64,000 nt of DNA, taken from the NCBI GenBank assembly GCA_977018835.1, contig OZ361256.1, positions 6,138,001 to 6,202,000 on the forward strand. The letters run 5' to 3'. The stretch is from Minutocellus sp. GHC0000111 (Eukaryota). The stretch's first letter is position 1; the number at the start of each line of letters is the position of its first letter. The notes under the pieces were generated by a model. It ran no database searches. It was given only the letters and a program-made list of their open reading frames with translations, and was not told the origin of the DNA. Shown here one piece after another: positions 11,624 through 23,891 of the stretch. Position numbers and translations under genes: made by a program.

Positions 11624-13234
11624 TTAGCCCCAACAATAATTGCGGAGTGCTTGGAGGAGACATTTGGTAGGTGGCAAGTCGTCCACCTCATCGCCAGAGG
11701 AAGATTCTTCGTCTTCTCTCTCCTGTGTCCACATACTAAACGCTAAACGAGAACACTTGTTTGATCGTTCCATTTGACAATACGAAGGGAGACCTGATAT
11801 CTGCGGATCATTCTCGGGCGAGTTGGGGAACGGACGAGTACTCACTGCAAAAATGTTGGTGTCTTTTCGCTCCTTTGAAAACACACGAAATTGAAGATCT
11901 GCGCTGACTTTACCGAATGCAGGGAGGTCCAAAGTGGTCTGGAACAATACGTTGTAGCTACCGACAGGAACATCGCCAATCCCACCTGATACAAGCGGTT
12001 GTGCGTCTAATAGGACATGCGCCATTGTCCCGCTCATCCTGTGGCGGAAAACAATGCGAGCGCCGAGAATAGAAGAGGGTCTCAAGCAGGGCTGCGATTG
12101 GCGAATCGGGCTGGTGCAATTTGCACAACTCAAACACCGCTTCTGGGCAAATGCAGCATTGAGGCACTTTAAATGATCAGATGCATCGACGCTGTCCTGT
12201 CCTTCTCCAGTTTGGTAGAGGGGAATCTGAAAATCGAAGTGATCGCATTCGGCGTTGCTGTACAAATCTCGAGTGGCAGGGTCATACTGTAAACGACCCA
12301 ACGCGTATCCTAGGGCTTTGCCGCCGGCTTCGCCGGTCCCGGGCATCTTGCTGACGCCGTCAATTTGAATGAGAACATCTATTTCTTCGAGGTGGGATAA
12401 ATTTAGCGAAGGGCAGAGAAAACCAACTGGCATATGTGGCGAATGCATGGTATATCTCACGACTCTGCCAAAGGTGAATCGCTTCCCCCGCGAACAAGAA
12501 GACCTTGCGATGCTTGCGACCAGGGCAGGTAACAAAGGCCGAAAATCAGATCCGAGACGATTCACACAATGCATATGCAGATTCTTGCTGACGAATGCTA
12601 AAGAAAGAAATCTCTCCTCTAATGCAACAAACTGCAAACCATGTTCGACGAAAATATCAGCAGCCGCGTGTTCGATCGGCAGTGCTTTGTTCGATGCCTT
12701 CTCCTCCATATCCATGAGTTTCTTGACACCGGCGAGGCTAATTGATCCAATTCGTATACGTGCCAAGAGATCGGCCCCGGTAGCATCGTCCGGTGCCGCC
12801 CAGCCGCGCTCCCACGCCTCCCGTTGGAGGTCCGACACGTCCATGTCCTCAGTTATTCGAGGGAGCACGTGTTGTGCTGGCGGTCTGCCGTGGACGCTTG
12901 TCAGATGCTCTTCTTCGCCGGCGCCGGCGGGGACGGCATGCCCTCTCTCCCACGCCTCCCTCTTGAGAGTTGAAACGTCGGTATCCTCTGCAACGCGGGG
13001 AATGAGCACATGCTTCCTTTGAGCATGGTGTGGAGATTTACCTGCACTGCTGCCATTGGTCAGCTCGTCAATGCGTCTTTGCTTGGCTTGGAGCTCGGCT
13101 CGGAGGGCAGTGTTTTCTTCCTCGAGGGCGGACACTTTCGTTTGGCTGGTCACGTCCACATCGACATCGGCATTGCTTCCGTGTTTCCTCTTCTTATTGC
13201 TCTCGGCGCTGCGTTTCGTGGGGGTGCTCATCAT
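11624..13234 (-). CDS. Hypothetical protein: coiled coil, two SAP/HeH-like motifs, F-box-like motif
   Basis: Long ORF. Duplicated HVL(I)PR..ED.DVS.L.REAWERG motif. AADIFVEHGLQFV...FLSLAFVSKNLH resembles an F-box. Basic NLS-like KKRK. Confidence 0.6.
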   Translation of the reverse strand: MMSTPTKRSAESNKKRKHGSNADVDVDVTSQTKVSALEEENTALRAELQAKQRRIDELTNGSSAGKSPHHAQRKHVLIPRVAEDTDVSTLKREAWERGHAVPAGAGEEEHLTSVHGRPPAQHVLPRITEDMDVSDLQREAWERGWAAPDDATGADLLARIRIGSISLAGVKKLMDMEEKASNKALPIEHAAADIFVEHGLQFVALEERFLSLAFVSKNLHMHCVNRLGSDFRPLLPALVASIARSSCSRGKRFTFGRVVRYTMHSPHMPVGFLCPSLNLSHLEEIDVLIQIDGVSKMPGTGEAGGKALGYALGRLQYDPATRDLYSNAECDHFDFQIPLYQTGEGQDSVDASDHLKCLNAAFAQKRCLSCANCTSPIRQSQPCLRPSSILGARIVFRHRMSGTMAHVLLDAQPLVSGGIGDVPVGSYNVLFQTTLDLPAFGKVSADLQFRVFSKERKDTNIFAVSTRPFPNSPENDPQISGLPSYCQMERSNKCSRLAFSMWTQEREDEESSSGDEVDDLPPTKCLLQALRNYCWG

Positions 13235-13771
13235 GGTCTCATGCAAAAATGACAGCTGGAAAACGCCGGGCGATGGACGGACGGGCCAATGTGGTTGATC
13301 AATCTTACGAAATGACGACACAAAGATAGTTGAACCGAAAGTGCACGAAAACAAGGCCCTTTCTTGACGTCCGACGTCATCGAAAGCCTGAATTGGTGAC
13401 GCATCGCTTGTTCCCGCCATTTTTTCGCGAGAAGCAAGTCAATCAAGCAAGTGGACGGCATCTCATTCGGCCCATGCCCAATCAATGCTTCCATGCGGGT
13501 CGACCTGCCTATCGCCCAAACCTGGCCTGGAGCGGTTGCAATTACAAAGATTGAGATACTGCAACACTAATTGAATCGTTGGACAACTGTCAACTTTCGG
13601 CTCCGTATCTTGCCTCCGAGGGTTTCGATCGACACATTCCAGCACATCTTGTGTGCTCATCTTCCTTTCCGAGAGCTGAGCGAGTTGAGCGGAGTTGGAC
13701 TCTCTGTGTGAGGTCAGGTTGTGTTGTCAAAAAAGAATTCCCTTTCCTTTCGGGACAGCCATGGCCACGCG

Positions 13772-16700
13772 ATGGACGACCAACAACATCAAATGTATGC
13801 TGCTCCCGACGAACCGATCGAGATGACCCGCACGTCCTCGCGATCGAGCCAGTACGTATCGTCGGCCAGCGAAGATGAGGGGGCAGCAAGCGAACGCGAC
13901 CAGCACGACCGCCCGCTTCTGCCGTCTTCTCTTGAGAAGAATACGAATGAGCACGAGCGCAAGAATGAGCATGAAGACGAGGAAGATGTTCAAAGCGGTA
14001 GAAAGAATCCTAGCCCACCTTTGGAGGAGCATCAGTATGAATTCGCGGTAGGCTCCTCGATGGTATCGGTATCGGAAGCAGGAAGCGCAGGGGACGAACG
14101 AATGGCAGCAGCGCCTGTGCCGAACGAGAGCAGCCCCCTCCTCGGCCTTGCAGCGGGCAGTGAAGGTTCTCATCACCAATCACAGCAGCCAACACGACGT
14201 CCTCCTCCCGCCCGGCAGCCGTACTACGACTCGTACCTCGGCGACGCCACCCCGATCATCAACAACCTGAGCGCCTTCCTCCAGCCGGGATATTCCTGGA
14301 GGGACGACGTTGCCTTCTTCCAGCACCACGACGGCGGTGGTGGCCAGTATGAGAGCGACAATAGTGGAGAGGGAGGAGCAGGTGGGCTGGTGAGGAGCAT
14401 ATTCGGCGGCATGACCGGACGGAGGAGCAGCTTCAACAAACAGCAGCAGCAGGGCCATCATCGAAGGCGGAGAGACAGCCGGAGGAGGGAGGACGGGGTG
14501 ACCGATACGTTGGATCGGCTGGAGGAGCTGGGGGTGGTAACGCACAGTAACAGCCCGACCAAGCAGAGGAATGAGGAACGGGAGCAGGGGCTCGGGCAGT
14601 TATCATCATCGTCGTCAGTCCATCACGACCCATCGACCTTCCCCTCGCTCGTTCGAAGATTGTCCTCCTCCCGACATCACAACCACACCCACCAAACACA
14701 TTGGAAGAAGAATTATTTCCTAACCTTTGTGTTGGTGTTCAGCTGCGTCGGTTCCATGTTCGTCCTGACGGTGTCGGGCCCGGATCATACCAATTCCGCA
14801 ATTACCTTTGGTGGGGGTGGACGGAACGTCGTCGTGGCGTCGTCACCGACGACCGATGATGAAGAGGGTGGAAGTGAACGAGATGGAGAAGCGTCGACCA
14901 ACGACGGACGAAGACGACATGGCAACCATCGGGCTGGCGGCCCGTCTTCGTCGTCGTACTACAGACAGTACCGACGGTACTACACCCAAGGAGGTGCTGG
15001 TGCCGGTGGTGGAGATTGGCTCATGTCGGAGGAACCCGTCGACGCCCAGCAGAGGGAGGTGGTACCGACCCTCCTGGGAATTGTTTATCCTGACACCTAC
15101 GATTCCGTCGATGCCATTGACAATTGGTTGTACGATGAAATGGCCGAGGCTGAGTACATTGGCTCCATCAGTGACATCCGGCCTAGCACGGCGACAGCCA
15201 ACACCAGACGGGGCGGAGGTAGGGGACAGAGCCGAAGCCGGCTGCCAACTCTCACCGTCGATCGGACCGCCGTCACCTTTCACCACAGCCTGACATTATC
15301 GTGGGAGGATGGAACCGACGTGAGGGTTCGTGATGACGATGTGATTGCCCTCTACTGCCCCGCCTCCCAGGACGATCCACGGAATTTTCGCGATGCTGCC
15401 ACCATTGAGCAGATTGTTGCGACCGGTGGATACGAGTGGGATGGTAAGGAGGAGGACGACGACGATGACGATGATTTTTTCCGTCACTTCCATCCTCGAA
15501 ACAAGAACGATCGGGCCAAAAGTCATAGAAGAGGTGAAAAGAAAAAGAAAAGTCTAGCAGAGGCTCGTGGACCATACGCCACTTTCCCATTGTCCGCGAA
15601 TCTTCCTGTGAGTTCCGCCTTTGGTCAAGACAAGCTCCCAACAAGAAGCCAACCGGCAGCACCGCTCGTCGAGAGGAATCCACCAGAAGCCATCAACATC
15701 TCAAGAACGACGGTGAGTACACCGCAACCATCTTCAAGCTCGTCGCTCGTACTGGGTTAATCTCGAACCCTCGAGCATTGGATGAGCCAACTGTCATTCA
15801 TCTGGCATTGTCCTCTGATCCCTCCGATATGGTTGTTAGCTTCACCACCGGTGTGGCTGGCACGCCCGTCGTCCAGTATGGCCCTCTCGTCGACGAAGCA
15901 CTAGCCTACGACGATGAAGATTACCTTCCCTTTGCTTTCGAGGCCGCGGGAACCTCCACAACCTACGACGCCGAAGACATGTGCGAATTACCGGCTACAT
16001 CTACCGAACCCGGACTTTTTCTTTCGCCAGGTCAACTTCACAGTGTTCATTTAAGAGGGGTTATGCCTGATGTCAACTACTCTTATCGAGTCGGAGTGCG
16101 AACTCCAGGTGGGCGATTCCATGACGTCTACAAGTCTCTTGCAAACTTTATGTATGAGGACGGAGTGGTTTGGTCTCACGTCCATACATTTCACACGGCC
16201 CCTCAGACCCCCATCGTTGATCTGGACTTGGAAATACCATCAGAAACTCAGGCTCCTACCGAACCCATTACGTTCCTCGTCCATGCCGACCAAGGAAGTC
16301 CCGCCATTGGGTGGGATGCCGCCAAGATTTCTCTCGAACGTCTAATCGACCGAGAATTCGACCATCCCACTACTAAACACGATGAGCGCACTCCAGCCCG
16401 TTTCATTCAGCACCTTGGTGGTCTTGCTCGAGGCTATGGATCGGCAAGTGCCTGGGACGCGTGGTTTGACTCCATCGGTAAGCTCTCTACAAGAATTCCT
16501 CTTATGATCGCTGTGGGCGATACAGAGTACGACCACTTGTCTGGTGGCGAGAGTGGGAAAGACCCAAGTGGCGTCACGTCGTCGAGAGGATATGCCCCGT
16601 CCTGGGGACATTCTGTCTTCGGTTCAGCCTCCGGCGGCGAGTGCGGCGTCCCTACCGCGCGCCGATTTACCATGCCGTCAACAGGGAATGGTAATTTCTG

Positions 16701-17229
16701 GTATAGCTACTCCTATGGATCTGTCCATACCATCGTCCTTTCCTCGGAACACGATCTGTCCATGGGCTCCGTTCAGCATGGTTGGCTGCTACAAGAATTA
16801 CGTTCCGTTGACAGAGCCGAGACCCCGTGGCTCATCGTCGAGAGCCACCGCCCTCTTTATCACTCGCAAATGCAATCAGAGGAATTGGAGGTGGCGATTG
16901 CCATGCGTTATGAACTGGAGTCTCTATTCTATGACTTTGGCGTCGACCTTTGCCTTTCAGGACACGCTCAGACATACCTTCGGACATGCGACGGGTTGTA
17001 TCGATCGAAATGTGGCATCGGCGGCCCCGTCCACATTGCAGTTGGCACCATGGGCGCCGGCCTGAATGCTGACCCTTTTTACAGCAATCGCTGGACAGAA
17101 ACGTATATAGAGGAGCGAGGCTATGGTCGCGTGACAGTTCACAACTCTACTGCGTTGCACTGGCAATTCATTGCGAATGCCGACGGAAAGGCTCACGACG
17201 ATGTGTGGATTTATAAAATGGTCGATTAG
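13772..17229 (+). CDS. Type II membrane purple acid phosphatase-like metallophosphoesterase, probably catalytically inactive
   Basis: Cytosolic N-terminus, TM YFLTFVLVFSCVGSMFVLTV, fn3-like LTLSW...DVIALYCP, PAP N-domain (EPTVIHLAL...MVVSFTT), then GGECGVP, FWYSYSYGSVH, VDRAETPWLIV and GYGRVTVHN. Frameshifts around 15560-15770. Confidence 0.8.
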
Positions 17230-17452
17230 GGTGGATACGGATGGATTGTTACTGGAAAAAAATGGAGGAAAATTTTGTTTACATAGGAATCCTAGATGTA
17301 TAGTTTGTACATTAATTTGTTTTGTTGTTGCTTGAGCTCACAAATAAATTTACACATAACAGTCGATAAACTAACTAGAAAAGACGAAATTGAAAACTCT
17401 TTCTTTCTTCTCCTACATGTAAGCTACTAACTTGCGCTCGTTCTTTTTCTCA

Positions 17453-19949
17453 CTAAAGATTGCGCCTTCGCTGCCCTCCCCTTTTCTCCTGGATCATTTC
17501 TGACAAATGCTTAAGGAGGCTTACTATATCCATTCCGGTAGGATTATCGCCTCCTGATCTTGTCGCCAAGGGCAGTGCCTGAGGAGGACACACAATGGGA
17601 GCAGAGGGGGATGCGCATCCCGTACACGTTGGCCCAACACCATCTCCGGCGCACGTTGTGGGGGCATCATTCGTGGTAATGTTAGGAGCAACGAGAGGGT
17701 TGGGATCGGCATTGCAAAAGCAGTTGCCATAGCCAGCGCCGCACTCGACTGTGTCGCCATTTTCGTACAAATCATCAGAGGGAGAGATCAAGGACGTATT
17801 GTTCTGAAAAATTGTACCATTGAGAGTAGAGTTTGCAATATTGCCAAAATTGAGTGGAGAGAAAGCAATGGCTCCTCCACCTCCAAGAAGAGGGGGGAGC
17901 TCAACAGTAGGCTCAAAGGTCGGCTCCGGAGTGGGCTCAAAAGTGGGTTCGGGACCGAAGGTTGGCTCATCGGTTGGTTCGACGCCAAGGGCTGAGTTCT
18001 GATAGAAGCGTGAGTTTTCAATGTCCGACTCCGTCCCAGCGTTTAAAAAGATACCTCCGCCATAACCTGAAGCGGAGAATCCTTCATCACCTAATGCAGT
18101 GTTTGCACTCATCTCGGCGTTGGACATGGCCAATCTTCCTTCCGCTAAAAAGAGCGCGCCACCCAAAGCTGCAGTATTGCACTGGAACAGCGTCGACTGG
18201 CTAATCTCAATCTCTACAATAGATAAGATGGCCCCACCGAGACCGTTTAGGGCAGTGTTGCCAATGAACTGACAATTCTTGAAGCTTACAAAGCCATCGG
18301 TCCACATAGCGCCTCCCGAGCCTCCTGATATGTTTTCTTCGAAGATAGTATCGGTAGCGATGATTTGGGCATGGACATTGTCGATGACTCCAGAGTCAAA
18401 GGTGGCAACATTATTGCGGAAAGTACAGTTGGTGAGAGTCAGAGTAGAGTTATCAGGCCTGGCTCCGTCTGGCGCAGAGCCTCGGAGAAGAATGGCGCCC
18501 CCATAGATTGGGTTGTAACCGGTCTGACCCCCTCTGCCCTTGGACTGTTCAGTTTTTGATAGATAAGAGGAATTCAATGCTGTGAGAACATCTGAATTGT
18601 AAGATGAAGGAGGGATTCGAGTCCGCTTTGGATATTTGGATGATGAGGAAACTTACCGAAGAGCCATTCTCGATGGTGATATCCTTGAATTCTACAGAGA
18701 AGTCGGCGCCCCCGAAAATGAAGTCGTCGTTCGTAACAAACGAGTAACCATCCAGATCAAACACACATCCGAATCCAAGGCACTCGAGCGTGAAATATCT
18801 GTCGGAGAAGTCGATGATGCTTTCGAACACAATCGGTTTGTCGGGACAAATGACGATGGTATCAGGGTTGGTCGAGTTGTCGGCGGCGGCGATGCGTTGC
18901 TTCAGTTCACGGAATGTGCCGACGTTCGAACCGTTGTCGCAAGTAGTGGTAGGAACAAAGCTGACTGATGGGGAGACCGAGGGCGTTGCACTGGGCTGGG
19001 GCGTTGGGCTTGCCGACGGTGTGCTAGAGGGCGACGCGCTCGGACTTGCCGATGGCATGCCGGTAGGACTGGCGCTCGGGCTGCTCGAAGGCGACGAACT
19101 GGGGCTCGAGCTCGGACTTTCGGACGCGAGAGGGATGGGATACCAAAGCGCATCGGGATTCGTCCTGGACATTCCGTTGGCAAAGATACGCCACAGAGTA
19201 TTGTCGTCTCCGGGGCCGTCCCGGAACTTGACGATGACATCGTCGTCCATGTAGTGCTGTGAGTCGGGCACAATCTTGAGGCGGGCCAGGTGGTTGGGAT
19301 CTCCAGCTCCCCGACCAATGAGAAAGTACAGATTGTCCTCGTAGGTAATGCGAAGATATGCGATGTTGGGATAGAGCTCGCCGATGCACAGCTGAGTGGC
19401 ACCGGGGAACCACTTGTAGACCGGGTTCATGGGATCGTCCTCCCTCCAAAGCATCAGGTAGGTGTTATCAATGTGCTGCCTGATGCCAAACTCCCACCCA
19501 TCCTTGCAGATGCCCTGGCCGACGCCGATGCAATTCTCCTTGCCGTAGTAGTCGATATCCATGGACCCGCCGTAGGGACAGGTGATGGAGGGCATCGACG
19601 ATCCTCGAACTCCGTTGCTTTTCCAGTTGATCTGATCGCCCTTGTTGTTCTTGGGCTTGCGTAGGCCCGGCGGGAGGTTGGAAGACTCGATGGCGTCCTT
19701 CCCCTCGCCGAAGGGATCCTTGAAGAGATACTCCTTCCACTCGGTGACAGGCTCGCGGCCGATTGTCTTGGTGATGGCATCCGGCCAGGACCAGACGTTG
19801 GCGGCATCGTTCGGTTTGACGGCATGTGGTTCAATCGATACGGAAGACGCATCTTGGGCTTCGATTGTTTCGACGGCCCGAACGGCGGCGTTGGAGAGCG
19901 TCAGGCCCGCGACGAAGAGCCACGACATGGCAGAGGAGTATCGGGCCAT
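17453..19949 (-). CDS. Secreted/cell-surface protein with Ser/Pro-rich linker and GGA(I/L)/FxxN beta-helix (POMP-like) repeats
   Basis: Signal peptide; SPSSSPS repeats; repeated GGAI/GGAM/GGAL with F..N.A; EPTF repeats. In-phase intron 18545-18656 (GTAAG..AACAG) joins ORFs 18549-19958 and 17453-18577. Confidence 0.75.
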
Positions 19950-20531
19950 GATCCTCACGACGTATCTAGCTAGTTCCAGGCGAAGTAGTGGAGCTCACGA
20001 TGTGTCTGGTTTACAGGGTATTGGCCGATTGACTTGTGAAAGTAGCCCATACGAGCACGAAAATGAATTCGTAAGGTCTAAAGCGTCAAAAGATCGTTCA
20101 GATCGATGCGTTACGCGTTGAGGCGATTGGCGCATCTTTCTCCAACGCTACCCAGGGTGAGTACCACCAAATCATACCAAATCGTCGTTGTCTTGACGTT
20201 TGAGCACCATTCCTTTCAGCTGCGCGCCTCGGAAGCAGCCGATCCGTTGAGTTTCGGACGGTTCGCGCCTTGTTCGCGGCGCGCGAGCTTTTTCTGCTCG
20301 CTGACGAGCAGTGACCGAAGACGGTAAGACGCTATTCTTGGGAGAGGCTGAAAGAGGGCAGAGAGGAGGAAGGAAGCGAGCGGCGGCGGCGGCAGAGGGG
20401 GAAACAATATCAGGAATTCCTGCTACATGTATGGTTGCACATCCTGTAATACATCAGACAAATGACCTACCTATAGACAAGACAGAGCAGTAAGAATGTA
20501 CCTCATAAATGTAGCAACTGGTGAATTGTCG

Positions 20532-21933
20532 TCAACTAAAGAATTCATAATTCGAGGAATTCAATACGATGGAGTAGACGGCACCAATCGCAGCACAGAT
20601 ACCGAGCGACGTGAACAAGAACATTAAAAACCAATTCAAATTCCTTCTCCATCTTGGGGCTTTTTGTCCTAAATCCGATCGATTGTAGATCCAAATAGGA
20701 TAAACAAAAGTGCAAGGAGTGAAACCAATCGCACCAGACAAGGCCGCGATATCTCCAAAGAAGGGGATTGCAATTCCAACAAACGTTCCGAGGCCAACAT
20801 ACAGGATGCGGACGGCCAACTTCTTGTGCCAATGTTTTCTCCCTTCCGGTCCGGCGAACAACCCCTCTTCGTGCTCCTCATTGGAGAGGGCACAGCATCC
20901 CCGGCCTCGCCCGGCCAGCATGATCAAATCTTCTATATAAACAAATGCCGCCTGGTTGTATACTGCCCCAAGTGCGATGAAGTTGACCAAAGAAAACAAA
21001 TACAAGGCCCAGAAGACTCCCATGGAAATGAATGGTCGCAAGTCTTCGATGAGAAATGCAGAGACTGACGATCCAAATGCAGCATAAGCCAGGCACAAAA
21101 CTATCAAGTAGCTCGGAGCAATGATGCAGTGCGAAAATCTCCACGCCTTGGTCATTGCACTGCGAGATTCATGTGCCGTTTCGTGTCCTAGTGAGTGGTG
21201 CACATCTGGTATTACGGAGTGGCCGCCATAAACGAATGCGACAATGCCAAAGCTCTCCAAGACACCGATGGCATAGTCGCGGCTGCTACCATCTGGCCGG
21301 CCATACGATACATCGTCTGCGTTCTTTCCGATCGCAACGCCGCTGCCTACAATGAGCAGCACCACAGCCACCAGAGTGGCAATCGTACCGACCAATGACA
21401 CCGTCCAGGACTTTTCCACATTGGGGGCAAGGCTGACGATCAGCAACATCAGTCCCGATATGGCAATCCATGCCGAGTTGGACACGTCCTGCGTTCCGTC
21501 GTATTCCTGGTCCATCGTTCCCATCAATTGGCCCATTCCAATCACCGTCGCGATGACGACGGTGGCAAAGACGATGCCCTGAAACGGCCGCACCCAGCGC
21601 AACGACCAGCCGTCGCCCATAATGTCGTCGCCGAGGTCGGAGTAGGTCGACTGCCTCGTGGCGTCCTGGCAGTTGATCAGCAGCTGGCCCGAGTAGAACG
21701 AGGTGGCCGTCGCCGTTGCAAACAGGATCAGACCGCCGGCCCAGCCGAGGTAGGCCATGGAGTACGGCAAAGCGACGAGGCCGGCCACGCCGAGGACCGA
21801 CACGATGGAATGGTAGGCGGCATGCTGCCACGGTCTGGTGGGTGTTGACGTTTGTGCTTGCTTGCTCGATATCTTTGACGTCCTTTCCGCTGCTTTCAGC
21901 GGCAGCCTCTGGTCCGAGCTCGACGTCACTCAT
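20532..21933 (-). CDS. Amino acid permease (AAAP/Aa_trans family, LHT/GAT-like)
   Basis: W.HAAYH...LPYSMAYLGW.GG, TYSDLG, FVYGGHSVIPD, IPFFGDI..L.GAIGF.P..F; ~11 TM segments. Probable true start MSDVELG at 21933 with one frameshift near 21835. Confidence 0.88.
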
Positions 21934-22310
21934 CGCAAGACACCGCTGTGAACTTGCTTAGCTACTACCGGCACCGTTTTGAGCGAGCGGCCACAATTCC
22001 TAATTTCGTTCTTGCTTCCATGTACTTATGCTTGCTCTGTCTTTCATTTATCGTATCGTCGTCGTCAGCGTCGTCAGCATCACTCGAGACGGGCTTTTTT
22101 CAGCTGGATCTCCTGATGAAGGCCAGACGGAGATAATCGAATGCGCATGCGACCATCATTTTTGAGGTCTGCAGGCACCACCACTCACCACCGCCACCAC
22201 GCCACATTCTGGACCACGCCACCGCCTTCAGTGACCTGTATCTTGTGACCCACTGCGTCCTGACCAGTGTTACCCATGTTCATTCGCTCCCTGTGGTCCC
22301 AACCTACAGT

Positions 22311-22800
22311 TTTGCGCGGTCGATAGAACTGATTTTACAGAGTGGTTCAAGAGAACGCATGTTTTCTGCTTAAAATGCGCCGATTTCCGCCCTTTGCCTC
22401 AAAACGAGGTTTTTCGGTGTTATCTTGTGAGATGATCCTTTCAGACCTGGGTTCAACCATTTCAAACTTTTAGTTTGGTACATGGGCGAATTGCCATCTG
22501 GTCATCAAAGATGAACTTTTGCTCTGGGTCGAGAGAACGCCTATTTTCATCTCAAAATTGGGCCAGAATCGGCCACGTACTACCATAAAATCAGGTTTTT
22601 CGGTATTATCTCTCAAGATATTGCTCCCAGACCATAGTTGGGCATATTCATTCGATTTGTATGGCATCGAGGTCGATTGGCGTGCGGTCGTTCGAACTCA
22701 ATTTGCTCGGTGTGTCGAGAGAACTCACAATTCCACCTCGAAAATCGGGCGAAAATCCGACGTTTGCCGCAAAAAGTGTACCTCGTGAGATAATGCTTCG
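22311..22800. repeat. Degenerate tandem repeat, ~185-bp period, about 3 units
   Basis: Anchor TC(A/G)AGAGAAC at ~22347, ~22529 and ~22715. GGTTTTTCGGT(G/A)TTATCT at ~22408 and ~22594. GTGAGAT at ~22427 and ~22785. Confidence 0.6.
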
Positions 22801-23891
22801 TGGAGGTCGCCAGCACAAATTTTTCGGCGACCTGGAGAGCCAAAGTGGGAGCAGATTCTGCACAATGGCGTGCATCAACTCGCATAGCTCATCGTTGCAG
22901 CTTAGCTATGATATGTGGCAGTCAAACGATGAAAAGTTTTGCGGGTTTATCGCGGATCTTGATATTTTACTGGCCATTTGAGTATTTTGCAGCGGAGGAC
23001 GCTTGTTGTTGCACGACGGCTCAATCGCAAGTGAAATCTCGACCTTGAGTGGTCAAGAAACGTAACGGCTGCATGGCGAGGGCAGCAAAGTCCATCATTT
23101 GCTAGTATTAAGTGATTTGTTCGCTTCCGGCAAGCTTTTGATGGACTTGTGAAGGGCAGTAGAGTGAAATCGAGGTGAAATTTGCCTAGATTTTTGCTTC
23201 GCGAGGGGGCAAATTATCCAACATGACGATGTGTAGGTCTACGGACAGCCATTCACTGTTGCTGTTGCACATAACCCACTTTCAGGTACGATATGAAGCG
23301 TCTTGTTATTGTCGAGGTTCGTTGGATTGCTGCATTTCGTGGTTGGTCACTCGTTGCATTTGATTCTTCATGGAGGTCGGCGACGAATTCTTCGAGTGCC
23401 CTGACGCCACGAACCATGTCGACCTTGCGCGCGGTGTGCGCGCGGTCGACAAGGCGGGGGCGGGGGGTTGGATGGAAATGACGGAAGAAAATGGACTCAT
23501 TTTTCATCGACTTTGGATGTTGGAGATTTTTCATCGTCGTCAAGAGAGATACCTTGGGCATAGACGCTCATGATGGCTGCTGCGGCACGCCTGTGTCGAC
23601 TTCTTCTTACTGTATGAGATATTCCAGGTTCAGTGTTGTGTAGACTTGGCCCTGGTTGATGTAGTTGGGTTTTGATACCGTGGTATGATTATTAAAATGA
23701 TCGTAGTTTGGATCAGTGTTGATTGGGACGGTGCCATTAGAAATCATTTTTTCAATCTTGATCCCCATTGAATCGTTCTTTGCATACCTACCAAAGAACC
23801 AACCGCCAGTCCTACCGCTGTACAATCTGCCCGCCCTGCCGCTTCTCTTACGCCAAGGCAATTCTTCCGCCTACACCTACTAGTACATACC

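Noticed and set aside
23253..23561. 102-aa ORF as a transposase fragment
   Set aside because: No recognisable transposase motif, and neighbouring frames contain stops.
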